64,000 nt of DNA, taken from positions 10,478,001-10,542,000 of the forward strand of contig OX597818.1 in assembly GCA_951406725.2 (NCBI GenBank). Direction: 5' to 3'. The notes under the pieces were generated by a model. It had not been told where the DNA came from. It ran no database searches and saw nothing but the letters and a program-made list of their open reading frames with translations. Shown one piece after another: positions 43,900-58,116 of the stretch (its first letter is position 1; each line of letters opens with the position of its first letter). This DNA comes from Octopus vulgaris (Eukaryota). The position numbers and the translations under genes are program-made.

Positions 43900-44700
43900 T
43901 GATAAATGCATCACATGGGCTCATCAACCTTCCATTCCCAGTATTCTTTGTCTTGATATTAGTAACCGTTAGTACCGAATGAGTCTGTGTATAACTCAAA
44001 TGTCTAAGTGGGTTCAAAATCTTTTAAATGTGGTTTTCACCAACAGCTTATTTCCTATGTGCCCCACATAATCGGGGCTCTTCTCTTTGCAAATCTACAC
44101 TTCGTCTAATGGTTATTGCAGGCCACTTAGATAGTCTCACAGTTGGACGTTGCTACACGAAGCACTGTGATCCCATACGTCTCTAGAAAAAGATGAACCC
44201 ATCCGCACACGTTCTACTCGCCTTCCCTTCGAATCTACTTGACATTTTTAGGAGTTTTTTTTCTCTCTTACTCATTCCACTGCCCTCCACAGTCTTCGAC
44301 CCCTGTTTATTATCTAGCTCCTCATCGTCACAAGACGATGGGAGTAATGTTGTTTTTGGCTGGGGTGGACGAGGACTCGGTAATTCTTTTCTAGGACTAG
44401 GAGACGAGACGATATTTCCCGACACTCCCAGAGCATTGACTGGTGGTGCCAGGAGAACAGTAGCTTCTGTGATCAGATGCTGTTGTTGTTGCAGCTTTCT
44501 CTTCAGTTTTCATTTTCTTTTTCTTGAGTTCTTCCGCATAACAGCTGAGCTTTTTGTACTGGACCGCCAATCTCACCGCAACTTTGCTTTCTGCACTCAA
44601 GACTCAGTACTCTTCTGGAACGATCCTGTGACATTCGAAGGTAATTAAGGCTTGAATGTTTATGCGGACCCCTCCCGATCGCATGTCATTCCCAGTCACT
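43900..44700 (-). pseudogene. decayed coding remnant, possibly a LINE ORF1 (gag-like) region
   Basis: Broken minus frames RSGGVRINIQALITFECHRIVPEEY*VLSAESKVAVRLAVQYKKLSCY, then Lys/Glu-rich and Pro/Ser-rich low-complexity segments. Stops and frameshifts, no convincing splice sites. Confidence 0.35.
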
Positions 44701-44786
44701 TAAGTGTTCAATAATACTGATGATAGGGAAAGATCTACATTGAAATGGAATGATTTCGAAAAAAAGAAAGTGAAAGCATACACAGT

Positions 44787-45201
44787 ACTCTTTTTACTCT
44801 TTTACTCTTTTACTTGTTTCAGTCATTTGACTGCGGCCATGCTGCAGCACCGCCTTTAGTCGAGCAATTCGACCCCGGGACTTATTCTTTGTAAGCCTAG
44901 TACTTATTCTATCGGTCTCTTTTTGCCGAACTGCTAAGATACGGGGACGTAAACACACCACCATCGGTGGTCAAATGATGGGGACAAACACAGACACACA
45001 AACATATACACACACATACATATATATATACATATATACGACGGGCTTCTTTCAGTTTCCGTCTACCAAATCCACTCACAAGATTTTGGTCGGCCCGAGG
45101 CTATGGCAGAAGACACTCCCCCAAGGTGCCACGCAGTAGGACTGAACCCGGAACCATGTTGTTGGTAAGCAATCTACTTACCACACAGCCACTCCTGCGC
45201 C
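44787..45201 (-). mobile_element. SINE family A, full length
   Basis: Colinear, low divergence. Confidence 0.93.
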
Positions 45202-45449
45202 TATATATGAAATAATATTCTTTCTAATATAGGCACAAGGTTTGATATCTGGATGGGGGTAGCGGTTAAGTCGGTAACACCGACCCCAGTTCTTGACCGG
45301 TGTTTATTTTATCGCCCTTTAAAGGATGAAAGACAAAGTAGACTTCGGCGGAATTTGAGCACAAAGACGGACGGAATGCCACTAAGCTTTTTGTCTGGCA
45401 TTCTAAAGATTCTGCCAGCTTGCAACTTTCTTAATAAGAACAAAAGCAG

Positions 45450-45624
<175 letters not shown>

Positions 45625-46000
45625 TTCTGATATAAGCACAAGATCAAAAGTTTTGGGAGGCGAAATGTTGTCAGTTAAAGAGACCCTAATAATTTATTGG
45701 CTCGGGAAAGGTGATAAACGAACTCTATTCTGATGGGATTTGAACGCGAATGGGTGGTTGTGGAGACTGGGACAAATTAAATTACAACAATGCATTTTGT
45801 TCAGTAGATGTTTTGTATTTGTTGTTGGTGATGGTGATGTTAATGGTGGTTGTGCTGGTTGTGTCTCAGCCCCATGCATCCCTATCAGCCTGATCTATGA
45901 TTAAAAGTGATCATCACAGCAGTTTTTTTTAAACATAGTGTACCACATTTATTTAATGTACCCGATTTTTAAACGGCAGAGAGTGGTTTGGGACATTTAG

Positions 46001-46321
46001 CTTCGTCGGTTAAGACGACGAGGATTCCAGTTGATCCGATTAATGGAACAGCCTACTCGTGAAATTAACGAGCAAGTGGCTGAGCATTCCACAGAAAAGC
46101 TTACCCCTAATGTAGTTCTCAGGGAGATTCAGCGTGACAGAGAATGTGACAAGACTAGCCCTTTTGAAATACAGATATAAGTCATTTTTACCAGCTGAGC
46201 AGACTGGGGCTACGTGAAATAAAGTGTCTTACTCGAGCATACAATGCGCCGCCGGGAATCGAAATCACGAGCTTACGATTGTAAGCCGAATACGCTAACC
46301 AGTAAGCCACGCACTTTCACA
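46001..46321 (-). mobile_element. tRNA-derived SINE, family E
   Basis: Minus head GTGAAAGTGCGTGGCTTACTGGTTAGCG..TTCGATTCCCGG, with the central domain shared with family D and a different tail. Confidence 0.8.
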
Positions 46322-47423
46322 GCTTAGAATACTAAAACACAAAACAAATCAAATATTTCTGCGGCCAAAAGACTTTGAGAGTGAGAGATGTCAAAAGTTT
46401 CCTCCAATCGATAGGTGAGCGTATGACAAGGACATTAAATAGTGACAGGACAATAAATAGATCGTCTATCTACAGCGGATTGGATTCAAATGTCTCTTCT
46501 CGTACAATGACTTGATTGACCTTTTGGTTCATGTCATTAACGGAGACGAGGGAAATGATTTAGGATTAAGGATTTCTATATAACAACTATGGAACCAAGA
46601 AGCCTACCATAACATTCCTACCACATCTTCATGTGTAGGATTAGTCCTTTTGTCATCTCATCATCATTGTTACCATCGCATTCGTCACCATCAACGTCGA
46701 CATCATCATGGCCGACATCATCGCCATCGTCATCATCATGATGATCATCATCGTCATCGTCATCATCATCGGTTAAAAGCATGATTAACTTAGGTATTTA
46801 CTTTTGTCAGTTTGTGTTCTGTGTTCTGTGTTCCAGTCAGTCCCTCTGGAGTCGATATAAACGAAGTTGAATGTTGATTGCATGACAAAAACCAAAATCC
46901 CCGTAGAACTCTGCGTACAAACTCTGGCAGTATTCAACAAACGTCAATATGTGTTCTTAGTTCAATACCTACGGAGGCAAGATTTTCATTTTATCCATTA
47001 GATGAGGTGAAATCGATAAAATTAAATAGCAGCCAAGAACTAAAATTAGCTAAATATTTGCAATAAAAGTTATTTGTATTATATTATATCATATTACACA
47101 CACTCACACACACATACATACATACAACATACATACACACATACATACCTACATACAACATACATACATACACACATACATACACACATACATACACACA
47201 TACATACATACCTACATACCTACATACATACATACCTACATACATACATACCTACATACCTATATACATACATACATACATACATACATACATACATACA
47301 TACATACATACATACATACATAACGTTTGTTTTTATGTTCCGTTATAAGAACGATTCTACATTAATCTGATGGGTTACTCTATGCTTTTATATTTTATTA
47401 TTCTTATGGAAGAATGTTGTTGA

Positions 47424-47466
47424 CAGAGACTTCGAAGTTTCGGTAGCAGGTGTCGTCGTCAGTCTG
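47424..47466 (-). ncRNA. type I hammerhead motif, weak stem II
   Basis: Minus strand: caga CTGACGA cgacacctgctacc GAAAC ttcgaa GTC tctg. Stem I is 4 bp and stem III is the perfect 10-bp palindrome ACTTCGAAGT. Confidence 0.7.
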
Positions 47467-47927
47467 CAGACTACCGACAAAACAACCAAACAACCGTACG
47501 TCGCGTTACCTAAACCCTTTGATAAGTCATTCCCTCACCCTTCCCACACTTCTCCCTTACATTCAAAAATAACCTCGGACCATAATCTTCCCCTACCTAG
47601 CCACGTTGACAGACGCTGCGTTTGGATTCCAGAGAAATCTCGTCTATTACGCTACTGTTCATGCAGGTTAGCTACCCGGGCCAACGCATGCAAAGTCAAG
47701 AACTCGGACAGTTGAACAAGATTACCGCTATATCGTGTCCTGAGAACACTGAATATTCTCTTAACTTTTGATAATGACATATAGATATACAGATAGATAT
47801 ACTGATTGATAGATATACAGAGATAGAAAGGCAGACAGACAGATAGACTGACAGACAGATAAATAAACATAAATATATATACACACATGTATGTATGTAT
47901 GTATGTATGTATGTATGTATGGATAGA

Positions 47928-47961
<34 letters not shown>

Positions 47962-48012
47962 AAAAGACAGACAGATAGATGGACGGACGGACGGACGGAC
48001 AGACATACAGAC

Positions 48013-48057
<45 letters not shown>

Positions 48058-48134
48058 CATACATACATACATACATACATACATACATACATACATACAT
48101 ACATACATACATAGAGAGAGAGAAAAAGAGAGAG

Positions 48135-48219
<85 letters not shown>

Positions 48220-48421
48220 TTCACAACAAAAGAACAAATTAAGAAAAAAGAAGAACACCACATAGAAACTTGTAACTCAACCCGGATACATCGATTCTCG
48301 TCCAATCACAGAACTTAAGAAACATCGAGCCAAATATTTAGCGATTAGGTGGGTGACCGCATGAAAAACCTACACACAGTAAATATATGCTTTATTCAAT
48401 CAAGGCGGGGCCCAATCACGG

Positions 48422-48587
48422 CTGCAGAGGCGTGACTATGTGGTAAGAAGCTTGCTTCCCATCCACGTGGTTCCGGGTTCAGTCTTGCTGCATGTCACCT
48501 TGAGCGAGTGTCTTCTACTATATCCTCGACCATCCAGAGCCTTGTGAGTGGATTTGGTTGATGGAAACAGAAAGAAGCCCGTTGTAC

Positions 48588-48669
<82 letters not shown>

Positions 48670-48897
48670 ATGTGTGTGTGTGTGTGTGCGTGCGTTTATC
48701 GCCCCACCACTGCTAGACAACTGATGATGTGCTTACGTCTTTGTAACTTAGAGGTTCGGCAATAGAGTCGATAGAATAAGTATCAGGCTTTAAAAAACAT
48801 CCTAGGGTCAATTCATTCGACTAAAAATTCTTCAGGGCGGTACCCCAGCATGGCCGCAGTCTAATGACTGAAACAATTAAAAGGTGAAAGTAAAAAG
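48422..48897 (+). mobile_element. SINE family A, diverged, internal (TG)n
   Basis: Head TGTGGTAAGAAGCTTGCTTCCC and tail CAGCATGGCCGCAGTCTAATGACTGAAAC. Confidence 0.88.
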
Positions 48898-48930
<33 letters not shown>

Positions 48931-49091
48931 GTTAAAAACAAACAAGATGAGGACAAATATCCATCAAATGTAAATAATGTAAATAATGTGCATATAATGT
49001 ATGTTTATAATTATTATATATTATCTGATGCAAATATTTATAAAATATATTATATATCATTTAAAATATAACTCACCATACATATCGTATG

Positions 49092-49157
<66 letters not shown>

Positions 49158-49447
49158 TAGGTTTATATATATATTGTATTATATAATGTGTGTGTGTATA
49201 TATATACTTTTGTGTGTTTGTGTGTATACTTTTGTGTGCGTGCGTGTGTGTGTATTGACTTGAAACTCACAGTAACTCCAGTATAATTCTTAAAAAGTGA
49301 TTTTGCTACAGTATAGTCCCATGACAAGAAAATGTTAGTTGCCATCTGTAATCTTATTTTATTATCAATTGCATATAATGCATCCGTAACATGTACATAA
49401 TTGATGTGTATCTGCATATAAAATTAATACATTAAATATATGCTATG

Positions 49448-49489
<42 letters not shown>

Positions 49490-49492
<3 letters not shown>

Positions 49493-49756
49493 CGTGACCG
49501 ACCAGGCTATCAGATGTTGCTACACATCGCTGGTCACAATGCGCTTTGCGTTGTTTTAGCCTTCAAATGAAGCGAGCAGGCCAACAGAAGAAAGAGTGAG
49601 AGAAAGTTGTGGCGAAAGAGTAGAGCAGGGATCGCCACCAACCCTTGCCTTGTGGAGCTTTAGGTGTTTTCGCTCAATAAACACTGACAACGCCCGGTCT
49701 GGGAATCGAAACCGCGGTCCTACGACCGCTACCCTAACCACTATGCCATTTCGCCT
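49490..49756 (-). mobile_element. tRNA-headed SINE, family F (family C-like 5' half, different tail)
   Basis: Shares GAGTGAGAGAAAGTTGTGGCGAAAGAGT and GTGGAGCTT..GCCCGGTCTG with family C. Tail CCTGGTCGGTCACGGTG runs into (AT)n. Confidence 0.8.
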
Positions 49757-49765
49757 AAATATATA

Positions 49766-50049
49766 TCTCTCTCTATATAAACGGCAGTTTGTCTGTGCGT
49801 GTTTCTGTGTGTCTGTTTGCTTGTACCCTCACCCTGACCACGGCTTTCAACCGATTCTACATGGGGTCGAGAATCAGGAACACAAACCACAAACTTTGTA
49901 GGTGACGCAACTCCACCTTTTTTAACTATCAAAAAAAAATTTACCATAATTTTTTCCATTTTTTTGGCTATTTTTTGGCTATAACTCTCTAAAAATGCTT
50001 TATAGATATTTCCCTTACAAACCTGAGCAACGCCGGGCGATACTGCTAG
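49766..50049 (+). mobile_element. non-autonomous Helitron, internally deleted copy
   Basis: Same termini as the 9783 copy, lacking ~100 bp between CCGATTCT and ACATGGGG. Confidence 0.8.
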
Positions 50050-50238
50050 TATATATATATAGGAGATAAATAAAAATATATGCATACATACAAACATATA
50101 TGTACGTACCTACATCTACATGTATATATACATGCATATATAAATAATTATACGGGAGAACAGGACATCACAATAAGACGTAGAAACGGAAAAAACAAAA
50201 AACAAGAAAACGAAAACAAATAAGGACGAAAAACAATA

Positions 50239-50328
<90 letters not shown>

Positions 50329-50943
50329 TACTAGATAGACAGACAGATAGATAGATATGTCATGTATTTATATATGAAAAATACATGTGTTTTCATTTTG
50401 GCGCATATTATTTCACGCGCGCGCACTCACACACACATTATGCATACATTGATCTATCGTTTTCACTACACCTGTAACTGTGTTATAATTTTCGTACCAC
50501 ATAAGACCACCACTACCGAGATTGTTTTTGGCACCTACACCTGGCAGGTTGTCTACATTTCTACCTCTTGCTTATTTTCTCTGGCATCGAAACTCGGAAA
50601 ATGCCTGTGGAACCTTTTAAGCGTCTGTCATTGACTTGTTTCAGTCATTAGACTGCGGCCATGCTGGGGCACCGCCTTGTAGAGTTTTAGTTAAACAAAT
50701 CGACCGCAGGACCTGTCGTTTTAAAGCCTGGTAGTTATCCTTATCTGTCTCTTTTGCTGAACTGGTAAGTTACGGGAACGTAAACATACCAACACCGGTT
50801 GTCAAGCGGTGTTGGGGCACAAACACAGACGCAAAATCATACACACCAACACAAACACACACACACATTCACACACAGACACATATATACATACATATAT
50901 TTATGTGTATATATACATATGTATGTGTCTCTGTGTATGTATG

Positions 50944-51006
<63 letters not shown>

Positions 51007-51393
51007 GACGGGCTTCTATCAGTTTCTGTCTTTCAAATCCCCTTGGTCGGTCGGGGAATCATGTGGTTGGGAAGCAAGCTTCTTACCACATAGCCACGCC
51101 TGCGACTATGACAAATTTATTGTGTTTCAATGTTTCATGTTTTTTTTTCTTTCTCTGGTTCCTGCTTTTTGTCCCGCTTCTTTCTTTGGCTATTTCTTCC
51201 TCAGCCTACGCTCACATGAATGGTCATATATGCTCGGGCACATACTTAAGTGCATTCATACAGACACACAGTGACACATACGGATGTAAATATGAACAAA
51301 CCGAGAAACCGAGACATACAGACACAAGGATACGAACACACACATTTGCGGACAGACAGACGTCAAGACACATGGGGACATAACAGCCTTGAA

Positions 51394-51624
51394 GGCGGCG
51401 AGCTGGCAGAACCGTTAGCACGCCGGGCGAAATGTGTAGCCGTATTTCGTCTGCTGCTACGTTCTGAGTTCAAATTCTGCCGAGGTCGACTTTGCCTTTC
51501 ATCCTTTCGGGGTCGATTAAATAAGTACCAGTTACGCACTGGGGTCGATGTAATTGACTTAATCCCTTTGTCTGTCCTTGTTTGTCCCCTCTATGTTTAG
51601 CCCCCTGTGGGCAATAAAGAAATA
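51394..51624 (+). mobile_element. SINE family B, young, TTTGTCTGTCC-type tail
   Basis: Near-identical to 63292-63524. Confidence 0.9.
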
Positions 51625-51808
51625 CATACATACACACACGTATATTCACACACACACATACAAATATACACATGTTTAGATAGACAGAATAACGAACAGA
51701 AACACACCGACACGCACGCATACTGATACAATAACAAACACAACCATTCATGTATGCACAGGTATATTGAAACACACGCACACACAGATACATTTATACA
51801 TAAACATA

Positions 51809-52301
51809 GGCGCAGGAGTGGCTGTGTGGTAAGTAGCTTGCTTATCAACCACATGTTTCCGGGTTCAGTCTCACTGCGTGGCACCTTGGGCAAGTGTCTT
51901 CTACCATAGCCTCGGGCCGACCAAAGCCTTGTGAGTGGATTAGGTAGACGGAAACTGAAAGAAGCCCGTCGTATATATGTATACGGACTGGTCGGTCAAA
52001 GTGATCAAAGTGATCAAAGTGATATATATATATATATATTTGTATGTATGTATGTATGTATGTATGTATTTATGTATGTATGTATGTGTGTATATATGTT
52101 TGTGTGTCTGTGTTTGTTCCCCCAACATCGCTTGACAACCGATGCTGACGCGTTTATGTCCACGTAACTTAGCGGTTCGGCAAAAAAGCCCGATAGAATA
52201 GGCACTAGGCTTATAAAGAATAAGTCCTGGAGGTCAATTTGCTCGACTACAGGCGGTGCTCCAGCATGGCCGCAGTAAAATGACTGAAACGAGTAAAAGA
52301 G
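51809..52301 (+). mobile_element. SINE family A with a small insertion in its microsatellite
   Basis: Colinear full-length copy with extra sequence at 51984-52022. Confidence 0.92.
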
Positions 52302-52451
52302 TATACAACATGCATGACTTCACTGATATACAGAGTTACACAACTAGACGGACCGGACCATTCGAAAGTGAAGACTTAAGAAAATGTATGGAACGAGAAT
52401 AGAATATATGTTCTGAATTCACTTGTAAGTCGTCAATGCACGAATAAGACA

Positions 52452-52483
<32 letters not shown>

Positions 52484-52584
52484 ATGTATGTATGTATGTA
52501 TGTATGTATGTATGTATGTATGTATGTATGTATGTATGTATGTATGTATGCATGTGTCTATGCATGTATGCATGTATATATGTA

Positions 52585-52636
<52 letters not shown>

Positions 52637-54497
52637 CATGTATGTATATACATGTATACATGTATATACATGTTATATATACATACATATATGTGTGTGT
52701 GTATGTATATATGTATGTATGTGTTTGTGTATGTGTGTATATATAAATATGGCAAATTTGCCGCTTGCTCTGAAGATTAAAAAACGGTGAAAATTCTTGA
52801 TCGATTTTCGACCTTTATTGGGATTTCATCAGACGTGTCTAAGTTATTTGACCAGTCCTAGGTAAGCTAGTGCCCAATCTAGGTTGGTCCATCTTTGCAT
52901 ATATTGATGTTTAAATCTACGTCGATTGTGAATCAGCGAAACTATCCTTAAAAACGCTTCCAACCATATCCATCTTTAAGTTAAAAAGCAGTATAGTGTG
53001 ACTTTAGGGAATTTGAGTGCTATTTCTAACAAGACAAGTAACAACATTGGGGTTTCTTCCTATGTATGTGTATATAACCTGTGTATAAGTATGTGCAGTT
53101 TAGTATCCTTTTTGCAAGAACCTCAAAGAGAAAAGGCAGCACTTATAACACTTGTCAAGGTATCTGAAACCGGTGAAAGGATAGAAATTATATTCAGACC
53201 AGAAACCTCACCCGAATATTTACAGCAGAGTGGGCCCTCCCAAAGGTACCTATGAATCAGATGGTGATGTATAACTAGGCGACGGATTAGAAAACGCACC
53301 CGCCAAAAATACAGACTGTCTCTCCGACACAGTCTTCCATGAACGAAATTTAATTCACAAAGGCTCTAGTCTACCTGAGGCATTTGTAGGAGGTAGATAC
53401 CGAGGGAATTACATTAAAGACTGTAGAAACTTCCAAGCTAATCGAATCAACAACCTGACATGTAAGCTCAGCTGTAACCACTTTGTTAGCTCACCATCAC
53501 ATTTCCGACAGGTTTGGACATCACGAAGCACGATACTCAATCAATGAAATCAGTTGTAGCTTTGTACAGAAAAGTATGTTCGTTCAATTAAAATACGTTT
53601 TATATGTAATGACACATACTAACGGAACTCATGACAATCCCACGTTTTGTATATATCCTCGTTTCTATTTTGATACATAAATTTATTGATGTTCATAACA
53701 TTATTTATGTTAAAAATATCGATTGTGTTTTCGATATCCTTTCATAGTCAAGGATGTTGAAATCGTAGCTCTTGAACTTGCTTCTTTGTGCTAAAGATTT
53801 CGATTACACGTCGTGACAAGTAGATACATTTTTTGCACATAAATGTTTATATCTGCTACAAATGACGTAAGAAAATTAGAACCATTTCTCTAATTCCGCT
53901 TTCTATTTCTTCAACAACACGCAACAAATATGAAAGGATACCGGAATCACCATAATTTGGCTGACACTGAATTAAACTTATAATTTGGAGAAATGTTTTT
54001 ATTGATTTGTCTGCAGAAAGTAGTGTTGTAAATATTTGGACATTTATATTTCCTGAAGTATAAACAGACACGTTAAGAAAGCCATCGTCCAACGTAAGAT
54101 GTTTATGTTGCAGTTAATAAAAATTTGATTTGTGAGTGAGTCGTGAAGCTGAAATCTTCAATAATAAAAGTAACTTGAAAACTATATTCTAATAAAAAAA
54201 AAAACAGTATATTAAAATTAGAATTTATACGAATTTATTTGACAGTGTTGACTTTTGTTTTAGTAAAAGATACATACTCCAAACTAATTAATACACAGCT
54301 TTCTTTATAGATGGATGGATGTAATTAGGCGAATAGTTTCGTATTCATGAGGTCCAAGTCTCGGTCTCTCTGTGCGGCATCTTGAACAGATGTCTTTGCC
54401 AAAGATTCCGATTGATTCTCACCATGGGGATGAAATTTAGTAAACAGAAGATTGTTAGAAGGATTATAACTATAACTCAAAGGTCCTGCACTTCATT

Positions 54498-54578
54498 AGC
54501 TTACGGCTGTTTCTGCTATAAGATGCAGTGGACTCATAGTTGAGTGCCTGAGTAACACCTTATGGCTTCATCAGAGCC
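54498..54578 (-). ncRNA. type I hammerhead ribozyme motif
   Basis: Minus strand: ggct CTGATGA a gccataaggtg..catcttatagc a GAAAC agcc GTA agct. Long stem II (10/11 pairs), near-palindromic stem III and GUA cleavage triplet. Confidence 0.8.
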
Positions 54579-54718
54579 TCAAATATGAGGTGCAATTTAT
54601 TTGGGAAAATAATTACTTTTATGCATATAGGGAAAAGCATTATCAATAAGAAAGCCAACATCTATGTTGGGGATGAAAAGCGGGGGCTCCTGTGCATTGA
54701 GTTCTACTATATACATAT

Positions 54719-54762
<44 letters not shown>

Positions 54763-54897
54763 AGGGACAAAGACAGGCAGTGACAGATATATATATATAT
54801 AATATATATATATGTATACACACACACACACACACACACACGCAAAGAGAGACAGACAGAGGCAGATATATATATAGATATACACACGCGTGCGCAC

Positions 54898-54929
<32 letters not shown>

Positions 54930-55167
54930 GAGGAGGAGGAAGCTCCAAAAGGAATTAGGAAGATCGCAGTTCAAATTAGCACACGATACAGATGTCTAGC
55001 ATGGGGAGTGTGTGGCCATCTGTGCGATTCTGAACGTGAAGTGTGAGAGATGGAAAGAGGGGCCAAGAACGAGGGAATGAGATCACATTGTGCCAATGAG
55101 TGATTACTAACAAGATTATGCAATTACGCGCGCAAGCCCAATCCCTCTGTGTGTGTGTGTGTGTGTG

Positions 55168-55199
<32 letters not shown>

Positions 55200-55207
<8 letters not shown>

Positions 55208-55607
55208 CATACATGCATGCATGCATGCATACATACATACACATACATACATACATGCATACATACATACACACACACATACACATACATATATACATAC
55301 ATGCATACATACATACACACACATACATATATACATACATGCATACATACATACACACACACATACATACATACATACATATATACATGCATGCATACAT
55401 ATATACATACATACATACATACATATATACATACATACATACATGCATACATACATACATACACACACATACAAACATACATACATATATACATGCATGC
55501 ATACATACATACATATATACATGCATACATACATACATACACATACATACATACATACATACATATATACATGCATGCATACATATATACATACATACAT
55601 ACACACA

Positions 55608-55641
<34 letters not shown>

Positions 55642-55960
55642 CATGCATGCATACATACATACATACATACACATACATACATACATACATACATACATAC
55701 ACACATACATACATACATACATACATACATACATACATGCATGCATACATATATACATACATACATACATACACATACATACATACATACATACATACAT
55801 ACATACATGCATGCATACATACATACATACATACATACACATACATGCATACATACATACATACATACATACATACATACATACATACATACATACATAC
55901 ATACATACATACATACATACATACATACATACATACATACATACATGCATACATACTTGC
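55200..55960. repeat. long compound (CATA)n microsatellite
   Basis: Directly visible. Source of the 260-350 aa spurious ORFs. Confidence 0.97.
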
Positions 55961-56427
55961 ATGCACGGGTCTGTGGTCCGAAGTTTGCTTCTCAGCTACA
56001 TTGTTCCGGGTTCCATCCCCCTGCATAGCATCTTCGGCAACTGTCTTCTACAATTGCCACTATAGCCCGGACCGACCAAAGGCTTGTGAGTGGATTTGGT
56101 ATAGACGGAAACTGAAAAGATACCCACCGTATATGCATATATCTGTGTGTGGTAGTGGTGGTGGCGAGAGGGCGTCTTTGTACTTTTGTTTCTCCCTCAC
56201 CACTACTTGACAACCGATGTTGGTTTGTTTATGTCCCTGTAACTTAGCGGTTCGACTAAAGATTCCGATTCTTTAAAAAAATAATTACTGGGTTCGATTC
56301 GGTCAAATAAAATTCGTGATGGCGGTGCTCCAGCATGGCCAGTCTAATGACTAAAACAAGTAAAAGATTGAATATAATACACACACACACACCCATATAT
56401 ATATATACACGTACATACATGCAAGCG

Positions 56428-56469
<42 letters not shown>

Positions 56470-56481
56470 CACACACGTATA

Positions 56482-56882
56482 TACTCTTTTACTTGTTTCA
56501 GTCATTTGACTGCAGCCATACTGGAGCATTACCTTTTAGTCGAGCAAATTGACCCCAGGACTTATTCTTTCTAAGCCTAGTACTTATTCTATCGGTATCT
56601 TTCGCCGAACTGCTAAGTTACAGGGATGTAAACACACCAGCATCGGTTGTCAAGCGATGTGGGGGGACAAACAGACACACAAATACACACACACACATAC
56701 AAACATGTGCATATATACGACAGGCTTCTTTCAGTTTCCGTCTACCAAATCCACTCACAAGGCTTTGGTCGACCCGAGGCTGTAGGAGAAGACGCTTTGC
56801 CCAAGGTACCACACAGTGGGACTGAACCCGGAAACATGTTGTTGGTAAGCAAGCTACTTACCACACAGCCACTACTGCACCT
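56482..56882 (-). mobile_element. SINE family A (tail-to-tail with a diverged + copy at ~55963-56368)
   Basis: Full length. The 5' part carries the same diagnostics as the 26460 and 27154 copies. Confidence 0.9.
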
Positions 56883-57092
56883 ATGTATATATGTATGTAT
56901 GTAAGAATGTATGTGTGTATGTGTCTATGTATGCGTGTATGTATGTATGTATGTATGCATGTATGTATGTATGTGTATAAAGCATCTCTTATATTAGATA
57001 AGGACTTGTAAACAAATTTGAGTTTGTGTATATTTAAAAATGTGTAATTATACGTTTGTGTGCATGTGCTTGTATGTAATTAAATACATACA

Positions 57093-57253
<161 letters not shown>

Positions 57254-57759
57254 TATACCCTATTACATATGCAATCACATGAACACACACACAAGCGTAT
57301 GTCTGTAAAGTCATTCATATGTCGAATTGGGTAGAATGTGTATGAAACTGATACAGCAAGAAGGTGTTGAAGCCGTGTGTGACGGCGGAGGGAGGGCGAA
57401 CCATCACGTGAATGAACGAGTGCGTCAATAAGAATGGTTCAACAAGGAAACGAAATGTGTAAACGCCGATCTATCGATCGCTCGATCGACTCAACGAGCG
57501 ATCGATCATAGCAATGTTATGGTACAATGAGCGGCAGATCGAAGCTCTATCGAACTGTTTAATAAAAACCCCTTCACACCCCTCTTCATCATCATTATCA
57601 GCAGCAGCAGCAGTAACAGCAGCAGGGGCAGCAGCAACAGCAACAGCAGCATTATGGCGCACTGTGAACATTTAAGGAAAGTTACTGATGCATAAGGAAG
57701 TTAAAGTGATGAAGCTTTGAACATTCAGAATTGTTAAGCCTATTTACTGCACATGGTAT

Positions 57760-57851
<92 letters not shown>

Positions 57852-57995
57852 GTGTGTCTGCGTGTGTCTGCGTGTGTGTGTGTGTCTGTGTGTGATTACA
57901 TGTATGCATGAAAAGATGCGGAATGTGCGTTTGTGTGCGAGCACGCACGCATCAATACACACACACACATGCGTGCGTACACATGCACGTTTGTG

Positions 57996-58028
<33 letters not shown>

Positions 58029-58037
58029 CTGTGTGTG

Positions 58038-58116
<79 letters not shown>

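Noticed and set aside
44193-44648. 151-aa plus-strand ORF
   Set aside because: Antisense shadow of the decayed minus-strand coding remnant.
52796-52836. Minus-strand CTGATGA..GAAAATCGATC hammerhead-like trace
   Set aside because: Stems I and II pair poorly and the 15.2-16.2 pair is absent. Counted only as a weak trace.
55100-56210. Long ORFs (260-350 aa), also 21186-22178, 22373-23410, 42008-42741 and most others in the track
   Set aside because: They are translations of stop-free microsatellites ([16 protein letters not shown]) or SINEs, with no domains.
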